DNA of 64,000 nucleotides from Ruditapes philippinarum (taxonomy: Eukaryota), in contig NW_026851932.1 in assembly GCF_026571515.1 (NCBI RefSeq), positions 248,001 through 312,000 on the forward strand. The letters are read 5' to 3'. Below the pieces are notes generated by a model. That model was not told the DNA's origin. It did no database searches and was given only the letters and a program-made list of their open reading frames with translations. This document shows, piece after piece, positions 1-31,280 of the stretch. The translations under genes and the position numbers were made by a program. The first letter of the stretch is position 1; each line of letters opens with the position of its first letter.

Positions 1-10
1 TGCTTTAAGA

Positions 11-226
11 CTTAACCTGCTGAAACCAGATTTTTACCCTTTGCCACCAGCCTTGAATCAGGCAAGCCCTCAGGTCTGTGCAATCTGCCCTGGGTTTGTA
101 CTGCTTGCTTGCCAACATTTTAAAATTTTCATCTTTATATCCCCGAATGTTATAATGAACGGTCCCCAGAAAAATGTTAGGATGCTAGGCAAGTCCATTT
201 TAGAAATTCAGCAGGTTAAGGGTTAA
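11..226. mobile_element. Copy of the TTAA piggyBac-like MITE
   Basis: CTTAACCTGCTGAAA ... AAGTCCATTTTAGAAATTCAGCAGGTTAAGGGTTAA. Confidence 0.75.
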
Positions 227-1587
227 ATGGTACCTACTTCTGATCCATTTGAGCAATAGTTGTAATCCGGAACTTTGGCAAATGTAGGTTTTTCCAGTAT
301 ATCCTCTGGTACCCCCAGATTGGCTGGGAAAACCCAACATATTTGTATTTCCAGAGTGAGTCTATTGTGATGAAATAAGGAATTAATAATGTTGATTTTG
401 ATGAAACTTTATAGAAATGATCTATTGGTGGTACTAAGCAAAAAATAGCATAAATGTTTTAGTTTACATTAGCTAGAAATGGAAAAAAAGTGCATAAATA
501 TGTTTTTTTCTCCAGAATCAAGCAATCTAAGAATTAATTGTCGTAAATTTATATCACCATTGCACTCTATTTTACCCAACCTCCACCATGTTGCACTCCT
601 ATTGCATTCCCTTCACCAATGAATGATAACCAGGGCCTTGTCAAATCACTTGCACCCCCAATCCCCTCTCCTAATTGGTCTGGCAATTACGAGCTAAAAA
701 TAGAAGTTAGCTACAATGCTGTGGTTGCTACTGTTTAAAGTGAGCTTACCGTAATAGATTTTCACAATTAGATTTTCACATACAAATGTGTAAAATATTG
801 AAAAATCATTGATTGATTTAATGTTTGTTGGCCATTGTTGATTAAAGATGACCATTATATATTAACATTTGGGATTTAGTAAGAATTATAAGTGATTTAT
901 TAAATGAAATAAGAAGTAATTTATGCTACCTTTAATATTGCATGAACTTACACATTTACTTGATATACCGGTATTTGAACTTGCAAAGTAAGCACAATTA
1001 TATTATAAGAATTCATGTACCCATTAATGTTCACCAATTTTATATGGGATAAAACATTTTTAGTTTAATATTAAAATAACTGCCAAGTATGAGTAAACTT
1101 AACTTTTAATCCCTTTTCAAGTGTTGATTGGAGATGGTGGTACAGTTAAGTAAAGCATATATGTTAATTCTGATTTGCTTTCACAAGACTGTCAGTCTAA
1201 GAAGTGTTCTATTGTAGGCCATAGTGCTAGACGATACATACATAGAAAATTTATAAAACTTTTATATCTAATCATATCTTTTCTTTAATAAGTAAATTAA
1301 CAACCTATTAGATCTACACATAAGAAAGAAACTAACTTTTTTCTTGTTTTTCATGGCATCAAGTATTATAATTTCTTCACATGTGATAGAATATTATCAA
1401 TTAATAATACGGTACCTGATAAATACGGATTTCAGAGATACATTCCACTATTGGCATGCTTTAAAGTTCTCTCTGAGTAAAGCAGATATACCGTAATGTC
1501 TTTCAGCATTTTGGAAGACAGTTCTATGTACTTTTATTGAAACAAGTCTTTTTTTCTTGAAATTATTACCTTTTCTTTTTGTTGCAG

Positions 1588-1623
1588 GGCGGATGGGTGG
1601 AGATAGAGTTGGGTATTAGATAA
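1588..1623 (+). CDS. Probable short terminal coding exon of an unidentified plus-strand gene entering from the left
   Basis: Strong acceptor CTTTTCTTTTTGTTGCAG ending 1587, then a GC-richer stretch reading GGWVEIELGIR* (phase 0) or RMGGDRVGY* (phase 1), followed by several kb of U-rich UTR-like sequence. Identity not recognisable. Confidence 0.4.
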   Translation, partial: GGWVEIELGIR

Positions 1624-2813
1624 CAATCAACCAATGACAAAGCTTCATACATAATCAGGTCGACCAATGAGATGCAACTTTATAGAAAAACAAACTTTCG
1701 TCCAATCAAATAGATTGTTACAAACTGATACTGGAGTAACAGACATTCAATCTAGAAAGTGATTCAACAGCCATCATACAAAAGAAATGCTGATTTTCAA
1801 ATTATATATGATATTATATAAATGATTACATAATGCCTTTATTTAACTTACAATAGGTTTTAATAACACAGGGAGAATTATCAAATTTTATTGTATTCTT
1901 CCATCATGTTTTTAAGTTAAGTTTAAATTGTTCATTTTAAACATAAAATGCAAGACAGTGTTTTATACAGTTTTTATGAAAATTTAAATGTACATTATTT
2001 TCCCATTCCAACTATACACCTATTCCTCCAACAAATTGTCCATTCTGTCTTTCCAGACAAACATGTAATGATGTAACTTTTCACGTTTCATGTAAGTTCA
2101 AATTTTTTTCGCTAAAAATGTAGTATAACAACATGTTATCATATAAGTGTTTTCATTTATTTAAACCAAATATATAATAGAGGTTTAGAATTATTTTATT
2201 TTAGATGAGTGATCCATTTTCACGTCCCAAAGAAAGACATAATAGTAAACCACACTAATTGCTGTGTGGTGACATTAGTTTCTGTCTTTCATTGTTATAT
2301 ATACACATTATAACCAAGTTCTTTTATGTTCAGTTGAAATTAATACAGACAGTTCTCAGGTGTTTGTTACAAGTGAACTATTATATATAAAATTGTGACT
2401 ATTTCATAAAATGTTTTTGGTTATTTCTGTGACAGTGACCTTTGGTTAAGTTTATTGCTGTACCCTTGTTACATTTGAGGCTTTATGTTTGTGACAGTTC
2501 TGGGGCCTTAAACAATTTACTTGTAATTCAATTATGATATACTGGAGAAAAGTTAATTTTAGGTGTCAAACAGTAAGGGGGGAATTTTCTAGACAGGGTT
2601 TTATAGTAAAATTCACATTTTTTGTGAATTTAGATTGTTGAATTAGTATGTTTTAAACGAAAATAGTAACTAATAATTTAAAATTAAAATGAAGGTCAAA
2701 AATCTTCAGAACATACAATGTATTTTTTATTATGAAATGATTTGAACATGTGTGATTTTCTTGTTATTTTTGAAAATAGGAAGAAGTTATTTTTGTTGAT
2801 TCCATAAATTATT

Positions 2814-2888
2814 TGAGCCGTGTCATGACAATACCAACGTAATGCTGGTCGCAAATGCACAATTTTGGTTTTGTCATGATGCGGCTCA
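2814..2888. mobile_element. Internally deleted copy of the 5019-5255 foldback MITE
   Basis: Termini TGAGCCGTGTCATGACAA ... TTGTCATGATGCGGCTCA. Confidence 0.8.
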
Positions 2889-5018
2889 TTTCATCTAGAT
2901 TCACTCATGAAAGAAGTATGTAACAATTCTCTTGGTGCTTTTCAGTTTGTATATGCTTAAAGCATTGTCTACCCATTACAATGCTGGGAACCAAAATTGC
3001 AAAGCCTGTGTCAATCACCAGTATTACACCAGGCCAGTCTACACAATGAGGCTATATTATTTACTGCTCAACTTTCAAATTTCAATCATGATATCATTTA
3101 GAATTGTTAATAGAACCGTTCTTACTCTGTGTCTTTAAGAGGCAACTGATGATTCTACCCATGCAACTTTTGCAGACTAAGATCGTCCAGTTCATCCATG
3201 CCATCCATGGTCTGCACTCAGCACATTTGTACCATCTGATAATGGTCTGCACTGTTCAACTATTCATTCAAAACATCTCCAAATGCATTCTATTTTTAAG
3301 AAAATTAAAGTTTTTGTAATAAAAGCATAATAAAGTGAAAAGATGTTAAAAAAATATGGCTTATCCAACTTTAGTTCACAAAAAATACATGGACTTAACT
3401 GGAGGCGTGCTGCTTTAAGTGCAAATGAAGTGCACTTCTATACAGTAATACTCAGTTTTCAGTAGCCAAAATCTGTATAACTAAATATACATGTAGTTTT
3501 TAACTTACCATTTTACTAATTTTTTTATTCTTTTGTTTCTTAAAATTATAAAATTCATTTTTCTTGTGTAAAATGTTTGTAATTTTTTTATTTGTCAGTG
3601 ACCAAAAGTACATACTTATTTTTGAATTCAGTTGCAATTTAACTGATAATGACTTCATGAATTTGATGTTTTAAAAATTCGTATGACATTTTAAACTTTT
3701 ATGTGTTAAAAATTGCTGTACATGTAAATGTCAAAATGAATATGTCAAATTATTTTTGTGTACTTTTTCAATGAATAATGTTATGTGAAATTATACATGT
3801 TGTTGTGGGCAAGTTTTAAATTTTGTTTCGATGTGAAATCTTTGGTGTTTTGTTTCATGCTGATAAATGTGTTTTATCAATATCATATGAATTAAGTAAG
3901 TTAGAGTTGTAGCATCATGAAATCCAGTAAAGTGCCGTTAAACATTGGCTCAGTATTGTCTATTTTATGTTTGATTTGGTGGGATTTTTCTTATGTGTAA
4001 TATATTATTTAAGCTAACATTACAATATCTTTTAAATAAGGTTAATTTAAATTCTTACATTTTAATGCCCTTTGTTGAAAATATATTCCAATGTCAACAG
4101 CACAGAGTCGGTCCAGCATTCAGTTTGGTAATGACTGACCAGTCTATTCTTTTTCAGTCAAATTTTAAAATTTTTACAGAGCTACCTTAAACTACAAATG
4201 GACTGTTCCAAATTCAAAGCAGGACAAGTCCATTATATATATATTGAGCAGGAAAAGCTATAGATTGTACATAAGTTTGTACCAGTAGAACCATTTGAAA
4301 TGATCTACAGTATGATAGTATAGGTAATTATAATTCTAAAAATAAACAATGACACAGTCATGCATAGTAAATCAAAACGTTTTAGGTACCTGATCTTGCC
4401 AAATTTATAATGTTATTTTGTTTATTTATAATTTAATTCCATTCAGAGCTTCCTTCTGTCAGTCAGTTAGTTTTCAGTGGAAACCCTCCTGTTCTTTTTA
4501 TAGAAATTTATCAAAATATGATAATTTTGAAATTTTTGAAATAGACTGTAGAAATATAATTCAGAAGTTTCTTTTTATTTGTTAACTTTGAGAAATGTGT
4601 TGTCTTAGAAACAGACTAAAATTTTGAAATGTGTAGTCAGTCTATTTATATAGAACTTTGTCAAATATGTTTTCAAACCTAATGTGCCGACATAATATTT
4701 ATAGAGTTTCTGTCTAAAGGTCTATATGTATATAAGACCTACATTTTTGTGTTTTCATTTTTAAAGTCATTTTATCACCTTAGATCTATCCAAACACTCT
4801 TGCATAATGTTCATATTTCCAACTCGCATCTTTCATTTTTCGTTGATTTATGTTTTATTGATAAGTTTTTTATTTCTTTGCCTTATTATTATATAAAGAT
4901 TTATTTACAGAGCACAATTCCATCAGCATGTCTCATTTATGTATTTATCTTAACTATTGAAAATATTACCTGTATTTCAGGTAAACTATGATTTCTGTTT
5001 CAATGGGAAAAATATAAA

Positions 5019-5255
5019 TGAGCCGCGTCATGACAAAATCAACATAAAAGGTTTGCGACCAACATGGATCCAGACCAGCCTGCGCATCCGGGCAGTCTGA
5101 TCAGGATCCATGCTGTTCGCTTACAAACCCTATAACAAGTAAAGAAACTGATAGCGAACAGCATGGATCCTGATCAGACTGCGCGGATGCGCAGGCTGGT
5201 CTGCATCCATGCTGGTTGCCAACCCATTATGTTGGTTTTGTCATGGCACGGCTCA
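5019..5255. mobile_element. Foldback MITE with ~100-bp inverted arms
   Basis: TGAGCCGCGTCATGACAAAATCAACATAA...GGATCCATGCTGTTCGC / GCGAACAGCATGGATCC...TTATGTTGGTTTTGTCATGGCACGGCTCA. Confidence 0.9.
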
Positions 5256-7921
5256 AATGTTTTATTATTGATTTTGTTTAATCAAGGAGCAAAAGTGTTA
5301 AAACACAGACTTAAATTGACAGTCCTTGGTTAAATGGTTAAAACAAACATTTTTGAGTCCCCAAGATGAGACAAAATAGTTATTTCACAAGTCAGTTAAA
5401 TTATAAAGTTTGAAATTTTAAGTTTTTCCATACTTTTCAAACTTACTCTTTCCAAATGATGCACAATTCTTAGAATGCAACAAGAACTGAAATTTGACAG
5501 CCTGTTAATATGTTATGTCATTTTTCGTTTTTCTGTAAAGAAAGTAATTCTGATTTTAGCACCAGTCTCAAGTCAATCTAACCTGCACAGCTATACAGTC
5601 TGACCAGGCTCTATACTATTTGATAATCATCTGGGTTTTGTTTAAAATCAACAATAAGACGATGCCAAAACAACAAACTGGACGAGTCCTTTTAAAAAAT
5701 TCAGCAGGACTGGGTTTGATGTGTTCAATATGTTATCTATTCCATTTGTTGTTATTCTTGCTGTTGTATTTGATTATTTTTTTGTCACTGTATGAAATAC
5801 TGAGTGCATTTATTTGTGTAAACTTAAGCTTTAACAAATTTTCACCCAAAAAAATTGAAATTGTGTGATCTTTTCTTGTACATGTTTTTTTTTTTTTTTG
5901 TTTTTTTTTTTTTAATAAGAATTTATTATCATATTATCTACATATCTTGTACATGTTTTCATCGTAAGTTTTCAGCATTTCACTAATACTAGTTTGATCA
6001 GGCCTGGAGGTTATAAATCACTTCACTCCGATCAGTCAAAGATCTAAGGAGTTTGATTGGCGAATGAAAATTTTTTGTCAAATACATGAGATCTCTTATA
6101 GCCTGCGCTACTCTGGTTTAGATTACGACAATAGCCACAAAATGTATATTTATTCATTGACTTTAAAACTTGGTTTAAGTTAGATGTGTTGAAAAAGAAA
6201 AACATGAATACTTGTAAAAAATCATGGAACTACAGGTTTGCTAGGATTTTAATTGTGTAGAAGTTTCAGTCCCTAACTTTGTTTTGAAAAATGTTTTCAA
6301 AAATAAGTTCATAGAAAACAAAGGGTGTAGATATATCTTAATAAATTATACAGAGTAAACTTTAAAAAAGGGGACATTCGATTGGTTTTATACCTGCATT
6401 TCTTTATTTAATAAAAGAGTACCACTGTCAATTAACAAACAGAAATAATACTCGTGAACAGAGTTAAATATTCCCTAGCAAAATATTTTGTTGCTATTTT
6501 TAGCAGGGTTTATTCAAGATTTTGCACTTTCACAGAAATTTATTATCGTCATTGTTATTATTAAGATTTATTGATCAAATGATGATTAATGATGATAAGC
6601 TTAGAACATGTGACTTTTTTCTGCAAATTACAAATAAGTAAATTGCTTTATACGTTTTTAAGTGCAACCAACTTTATTTCAGATTTTAATTCACTTTATG
6701 TACATTTTTTACTACCCAGACTTGTATTCAACCATTCATTAAATTTACTGATATTTTGGTTTTATACAATATTATTTTGCTTTTTCAGCTTTCAATAGTT
6801 ATTGCTGGCAGTAACAAAAATCAGGTTTAATGATGATTAGCTTAGATTGTAAAATGTTAACATTTAAGACGTAATGTACTGGGAAAATGTACAGGAACAT
6901 TGATAATATATGAATTATTTGTATCATAATATATTTTTTAATTAGTTTTTAGAATATATATAATTTCATTATTTTTACTCTGTATCTTAAACTACATGAA
7001 TTGAGGAGTAAACAAGACATGTCTTAAATATTAATCAGTGTAGGATTTCATATTTACTGCGTTATCTTAGTTATTATTTCATCAACGATTCCAGGAAATT
7101 CTGTGATCTTTTAGAAGATGAAAGTCTATTTTCTACTTCTCAGGAATTTATTTTGCTGAAACATTCCAACTATAGGTAGTCTTAAAACTTGAGAATCCCA
7201 GTTTTTATTATCATTAGATTTTTAAATAATAATTACACAATATTTTTCACTTTCACCACCAAGCCTTAAAGCATTATATTTTTAAATGTATAAATATTGT
7301 ATCAAATCATCATTGTAGCATTTTGTATGAACTATTCAAAGTTAATCATGTCTAGAACTTTTTCATTGATGTATCACATAAGAAAAGATATAATTTGTGT
7401 TTGAACCATTTTTATTTAGAACAAAAATTGTTTCAAGAGAACTGATCAGAAATTTATTGTCAAAGCAATTGGAAAAAGGAAATTTTTTATATTTCAATTT
7501 GGTAAAATAGCTTTGCTTAGGCAAATGGTCAGATAATTTTCCTTTTAAAATTGTCTAAACCAGTATTATTTGAAAATGAATATTTAATGTTTAGAATCAT
7601 TTCAAAAAACTACATTGTAAGAAAACTACACAAAACAGTTTATCATTTTGATGAAGCATTTAATTAATTTCAACATTTTTAATGAAATCAAATGCTTTTA
7701 ATTTTTTTAAACAATTGTTGCCAATTTTTATTAAAAGGAATTTTTACTATGTTGTACATTCATCATGCATGTCGTTAGGATAAAAAATACACAAACATGA
7801 GATAGTGTGCAATATCTAAATTCTTTGCATATAGAAAGGTGTATTTAATGTTGATATGATTTGTGCGTTATATTGTATGAATGTGTTGTTGTAGTAATAT
7901 CTTTATTATTCAAGATGGACT

Positions 7922-8160
7922 TTAACCCTTGACCTGCTGGAATTAAAAGTGTTTGTGTCCTTTGGTACCAGTAAAAGGCCAGGCCAGCCTGAACATACAC
8001 AGTCTGACGAGGCTTTATACTGGTGGCAGACGCAATTTTAAATTTTCATCTTGATATCCCCAAAATTGATAATGGACAGGTCCAAAATTGTAAACTGGAC
8101 AAGTCCATTTAAGAAATTCAGCAGAAGTCCATTTTAGAAATTCAGCAGGTGAAAGGTTAA
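7922..8160. mobile_element. TTAA-flanked piggyBac-like MITE (representative copy)
   Basis: TTAA-CCCTTGACCTGCTGGAATT ... AATTCAGCAGGTGAAAGG-TTAA. Further partly decayed copies at about 11-226, 4100-4260, 5570-5720, 24165-24372, 26473-26610, 27050-27220 and 49147-49331, and inverted at about 39401-39578, 53330-53534 and 54930-55125. Confidence 0.75.
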
Positions 8161-10100
8161 GTGAAATTCTTACATTCTTAAGTTTTTGTATTGACAAACA
8201 TATCAGGATATATGTGTGCCTTATATTTTTAACCTTACATTTTATTTCCTGTTCAGAAAATACTTTTAACATTTTTTAACAGCAGTTTTATTATGGAAAC
8301 ACTACTGGCTACATGAAATGTTTTTTTTTTATCATTTCAGGCCAACATTTTTTTAATTACAACATGTTTTTATAACTTACTTTATTAAAATGCAATTTTG
8401 AAATGCATTTACCATTTGTTTTTCATCATATGATGTATAAATTGTTTATTTCAAAGTTGCTAGTCTTAAAAATGTTATGCCAAAGTTTAATTAAAATTAA
8501 TCTAAATTAAATAGGAGAATATTTTACATTGAACTGTAATACCACTTAGTAAAATGCTACCAAATATTTTCCAGTTAAGGTTTTTACTATACAAATAATG
8601 AATTATATTTTAGTTATTGTTGTAAATATGTTTTCATGATACAGTTTTGCACACACTTGTGATCAGATTCATAAAAAGATCAAGAAAATGTTGTTGTTAT
8701 TGTTATTTATTCTAAATAAGAAGACAGTACACCCCATTACCAGTCTCTATATGTACTATGTAAATAACGAAGGTATACATGTAAAGAGTGAAAAAATAAG
8801 AGTTGTTTCCATTATCTTCAAATAAAATCGATATCTCTTAAGGTAAAATATTATAAATTAAGCCATGTTTAAACCACTAGTTTGTTTCGATCTAATGTCC
8901 GATTTTAAAAATTATTACACCAATTTTTAGCTTCGTCTCCATATAAACTTCAACACATCGGTTGACATTAAAGATATTTAAATTAACTGTTAAACCTACC
9001 ATAAGTTAGACCATTTTACATACTCTTAATACAGTGAGATACCAAACCGGTTATCTTTACTCATAAAATTCCTGATGTGAATAGCCTGTTGTCTGCTAAT
9101 TTGGAATTAAGAAAGTTTCTTTTTCCGTCTGATGACAATGGTTGTATCACAAAACTCCTACAAGACAATATGTACCAGAGTGCACCTGATAACAAAAGTT
9201 GTGTGAAGTTTGTTTGAAATCACTTTAGGAACGCAGTTGTTGTACACAGAAGAAAAGTATTACTGTCTGTATCACAAGAAAGGACAAAAATTCTGGAAAT
9301 CTTTGGAAAATGTACGATGTGTGCACAGAGAGGTATACCTCTCCATTAAATAGCCATCACTGCCTGTGGCGGAGTACGGTAATTTTAGCCTTTCTAAGCA
9401 TAAAAATAAAAATTAATGTAAAACTTTTTTTTTATTTCTTTGCTGTACATTTGTATATTAGTTACTGATATAATGGAGTTATGGATATAAAATATGATAG
9501 GAGCTTTGGCTCAACAGTGCTTGAACATACAAATGGACTCAATATATATTTATAATGGCCTTAATTACCCACAAAATCACCAACCTCACAAAAATATGTG
9601 CCAGGGCACTTACTGATGTTATGTCCATGCTAGTTTACTGAAGGAATTTATGATCTGGTGCCAAGATTCACCATTTCAACACAATTAATAAAAACTTTTA
9701 TCACTATAATTAAGATATAATTGGTCAAGAACACAAATCCTGCTCATATGGTGTCCAAAACATTTCAAACATACCGCTTTCCTCTTTCTTTGTATAGGCA
9801 TTTACTCCATCAACCATATATTTAGTTAGAATGCTTAGATTACTCAGGGAGCATAAAAAAGCACAAAGTCTCAATACAGGATTTCCTTTCTTTCAAAGGA
9901 CAAAATTTAATCGATAAGGAATACCTTTAACATGACAAATATCTAACAGTAACAGATTTTGATGGAATTTGCACTTGGTACAGAAACATGACAGTTTAAA
10001 AGAAAAATGATAATTACAAGTCCTATGATAGTAAGGTATTTCTGTTGACCAAAAGCAGGATGTTTATGTATAATGTAAAACTTAAGCATATGAAAAATGA

Positions 10101-11075
10101 AACAAGAGCTGTCCGTAAGACAGTGCGCTCGACTTTTTTATTGCTTGCCAATAAAAAAAGTTTTTGCAGTAAAAGGCAATACAAGAATCTCTGTATTTTT
10201 AAAGTGAACAATGGCCATGAGCATTAAGATATTTAGTGAAGAATTATTTTATTATGACATAATTTATGGTAAAGTGAACAAGTGGATAGGAATGAATTTT
10301 TTTAGATTTTTTAAGTTTTTTAGTGCTTGCCTATAATACAAAACATTGACAGTTAAGGGCCATAATTCAAATAAAATCTTTGACAGAATTACCTTCTCCT
10401 GGACATGTTTAGGAATCATGATTGTAAACAAGTATTCCAACTTTCAAATTAATATCTCAAACAGTTCAGTCAAAAAGTGGACTGGTACTAAAAACTTAAC
10501 CAAGATTCTAAGTCGATAAAAGGCCTTAATTTTTAAAACAAATCCTTGACAGAGTTACCTTCTCTTGCGTACAGATGGGGGTAATGATGTGAAATAGCAT
10601 TAAAAGTTTCAAAGCAATATCTCAAAGGGTTAAGGCAATAAGTGGATTTTACCCATATTCAATGTATTTTCTAAGTCAAAAAGGGGCATAATTCTGTCAA
10701 AAACCTTGACAGAGTTATGTCCTCTTGTCTGTTGATGAAGGTCGTGATGGTAAACAAGTATGGTCAGTTTCAAAGCAATACCTCCAATGGTTTTGAAATA
10801 AAGTGAGGTGGTACAAAAAACTTAACCAAGCTCAATACACTTTCTAAGTCAAAAAAGGGCCATAATTCTGTCAAAAACCTTGACAGAGTTATGTACTCTT
10901 GTCTGTAGATGGAGGTTATGATGGTGAACAAGTATGGTAAGTTTCAAAGCCATACTTGTAATACTTCTGAAATAAAGTGGGGTGGTACGAAAAACTTAAC
11001 CAAGGTGTGACGCCAACGCCGACGCCGGGGCGAGTAGGATAGCTCCCCTTTTCATAGAAAAGTCGAGCTAAAAAA
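10101..11075 (-). mobile_element. Non-autonomous Helentron/HINE (DINE-1/Pearl-like) element, ~4 units of ~165-176 bp
   Basis: Plus strand: AACAAG + hairpin CTGTC-cgtaa-GACAG + IR GCTCGACTTTT ... array ... GACGCC microsatellite ... AAAAGTCGAGC + A-run. Confidence 0.8.
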
Positions 11076-11547
11076 GCACAAAAATCAAGAAGTCGTGCTG
11101 TGTTCTGACATGAATGTTTGAATTCATAACAAAAAAATAAAAAAAAATATGGCATTGTCTCAAAAAATGAACACTATCAAGGTATTGGGCAGTGCAGTGT
11201 TTGCTGAACAGAGCTTCATGTAACATAAGTCATCACTTTTCAGATCTTGTTATTTAAACAGAAGCAACCAGAACTGCAAAGAGAATCCTACCAAAACACA
11301 TAGTGTGCTTCGTCTCCAATAACACAACAAATATGGTAGGCATACTTATGTCCTGTACAAACTTAAACAAAAAGAGCTGGTAACAACATACAAAACTCCG
11401 AACTGGATGCTTATACATGTAAACTGCCTCCGCAATATCTTTATTGTTTAGGTATGTACAGTAACCACGTGACTTGGTCCAAATGAACCAATCGGAGCAC
11501 AATTTTGAGCACAATATCAATTATTCACAAATTGTTATTGTTCATGA

Positions 11548-29634
<18,087 letters not shown>

Positions 29635-29711
29635 TCTGAAACAAGTGCTATTTACTAGTAAAACTACGATAAAAATGTGTTTTTGAAACAATTCTCCAAA
29701 ATACAAGCTAT

Positions 29712-29768
29712 GCCGGTAACTTCCGGTGTACACTTCCGCTTAAAACAATTACGACTACAGATTACATG
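29712..29768 (-). promoter_or_regulatory. Probable proximal housekeeping promoter of KDM1A (tandem ETS/GABP sites, ACTACA element)
   Basis: Minus strand GCGGAAGTG (29739-29731) and CCGGAAGT (29726-29719), about 85-105 nt upstream of the ATG. GACTACAgaTtaCA at 29753-29766 partly matches the ZNF143/THAP11 ACTACA motif. Confidence 0.55.
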
Positions 29769-29781
29769 TTAATTGTCGTTG

Positions 29782-30538
29782 TCATCGAACATACCTTTCA
29801 CCTGACAAAATCTTCCTCTGCTTTCGTCTTGATGGTCTTTCATTTCTCCAATCAAACACTGTGGGTACAGCTGTTTGCTTAAGACATTTCCGAACTGGTG
29901 TCCATGTGTAATCTTCTTGTTTGAAATGTTTGGAACAAACAACTGTTGTGCTACTGATCTAAAATATTCATAAAACATCATTGTCTGTGCTAAGAGGTAT
30001 AAATACGGAATTTGTAAGGACTCGGGGATGTTGAGTCATTTTACTGTATTTTGAGATTTTGACCCAGGTCGAAGAATGTCCAAGAACTTATCTTCAGACG
30101 TCAAAATATGTTAATTATAGAGTGACCTACATAACGTGCTGTTAAAATGTATTCTGATCCAATACAAGTGAAAATGTACTGGTATTTTCATAAACCTATC
30201 TAGAAACTCTGTTGTTTTTTTACAGTAAGCTTCTCTTATTCATAGTCGAAATACTATTCACCACAGTATTTTTGGTAATATAGAAAGTTAGCTTATGACT
30301 TTATTATGTAGTTACACCAGATGTAATAAGAAACCGCGGAAATTACCTTGAAATGTTCCCCTTCATCTCTTCTAATATTAAAAATCCATTGCTTTTTCAA
30401 AGTGTCATCTTTAGGTATTTTATGAAAATGAATTGTATTATCATATCTAGCATCTGAATAACAAAGTGGTACACAACAATGTGAAGAAGATTTTCCCATT
30501 ACGCGTAACACGCTTGGGCTTATCAGGTGGTCAGCCAT
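29782..30538 (-). CDS. THAP (C2CH zinc-finger) domain module, two exons; stand-alone ~122 aa if unspliced at the 3' end, or 5' exons of a THAP-KDM1A fusion
   Basis: Exon A 30538 (or ATG 30499) to 30347: MGKSSSHCCVPLCYSDARYDNTIHFHKIPKDDTLKKQWIFNIRRDEGEHFK, then donor GTAATT. Intron 30346-29959 ends TATTTTAG. Exon B from 29958: ISSTTVVCSKHFKQEDYTWTPVRKCLKQTAVPTVFDWRNERPSRRKQRKILSGE. The C2CH ligands, the conserved P/W/F residues and the AVPT box are present, with no stops or frameshifts. Strong donor AG|GTATGT at 29795/29794; read-through stop TGA at 29784-29782. Confidence 0.85.
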
Positions 30539-30615
30539 TATTGTTTATATTCATGCTTAGTTAGCCTCGTTCTGGTGATAGAATGCAAGGTATGCGAGGC
30601 CATAAAGTTAAGATA

Positions 30616-30673
30616 TATATCAGTTCGGAAGTAATCATAGTGAGTTATATCAGTTCGGAAGTAATCATAGTGA
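30616..30673. repeat. 30-bp tandem duplication with ETS core (CGGAAGT) upstream of the THAP ATG
   Basis: TATATCAGTTCGGAAGTAATCATAGTGA at 30616 and 30646. Confidence 0.8.
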
Positions 30674-31280
30674 ATGAATATAATGACTAAATATGAACAA
30701 AGCGGGAATAAAAATGTCATAACTGATCGAGCTTATAATTAGCAGACAATTTAAAAATGTGTTTTATTTAAAATCCCGTCACTTTCAAACATATGTTAAC
30801 TGAATTATGTTAGAATCTTAATTAGTACTGTTTGAAGTGTAATACGTTTTTACAGTGGATAAAATTTGCAACCTGACCGGGCCTCGAACACATAACCCTT
30901 GTGATACCCGTCGCTTCTTCAACAGTGGACATTACCCTATTAACCATGACATCATTTACTGATAATAAACATGTGATGAGAAGCATTTGGAAATACAATA
31001 TGCAAATATTTAGTATTTCAATATCGGACCTTGCCTTGCTGCTGAAAGGAAGGGCGGGGGATACTTAATTTTATAATCAGGTTCAAACTTTTTTATCATT
31101 GCTTCTCCTTCAAGTAAATACGCCAATAGCATAAATAACATAACATTATCTACATCTCTGATACGCCAAAAAACGTGCTGACACCGACATACATTTGTAA
31201 TCTTAACCGTCTATTTTTTCCACACATGATACAAATATTATTTAGTAAATTCAATACAAAGTGAAGTGTCATATTAGTGG

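Noticed and set aside
29635-29733. N-terminal extension of KDM1A from the GTG-initiated ORF 29470-29733
   Set aside because: No ATG, and it overlaps promoter motifs. It is relevant only because it is stop-free near the acceptor.
29769-29981. 70-aa ORF in the ORF track
   Set aside because: Wrong frame; the THAP-coding frame starts at the acceptor at 29958.
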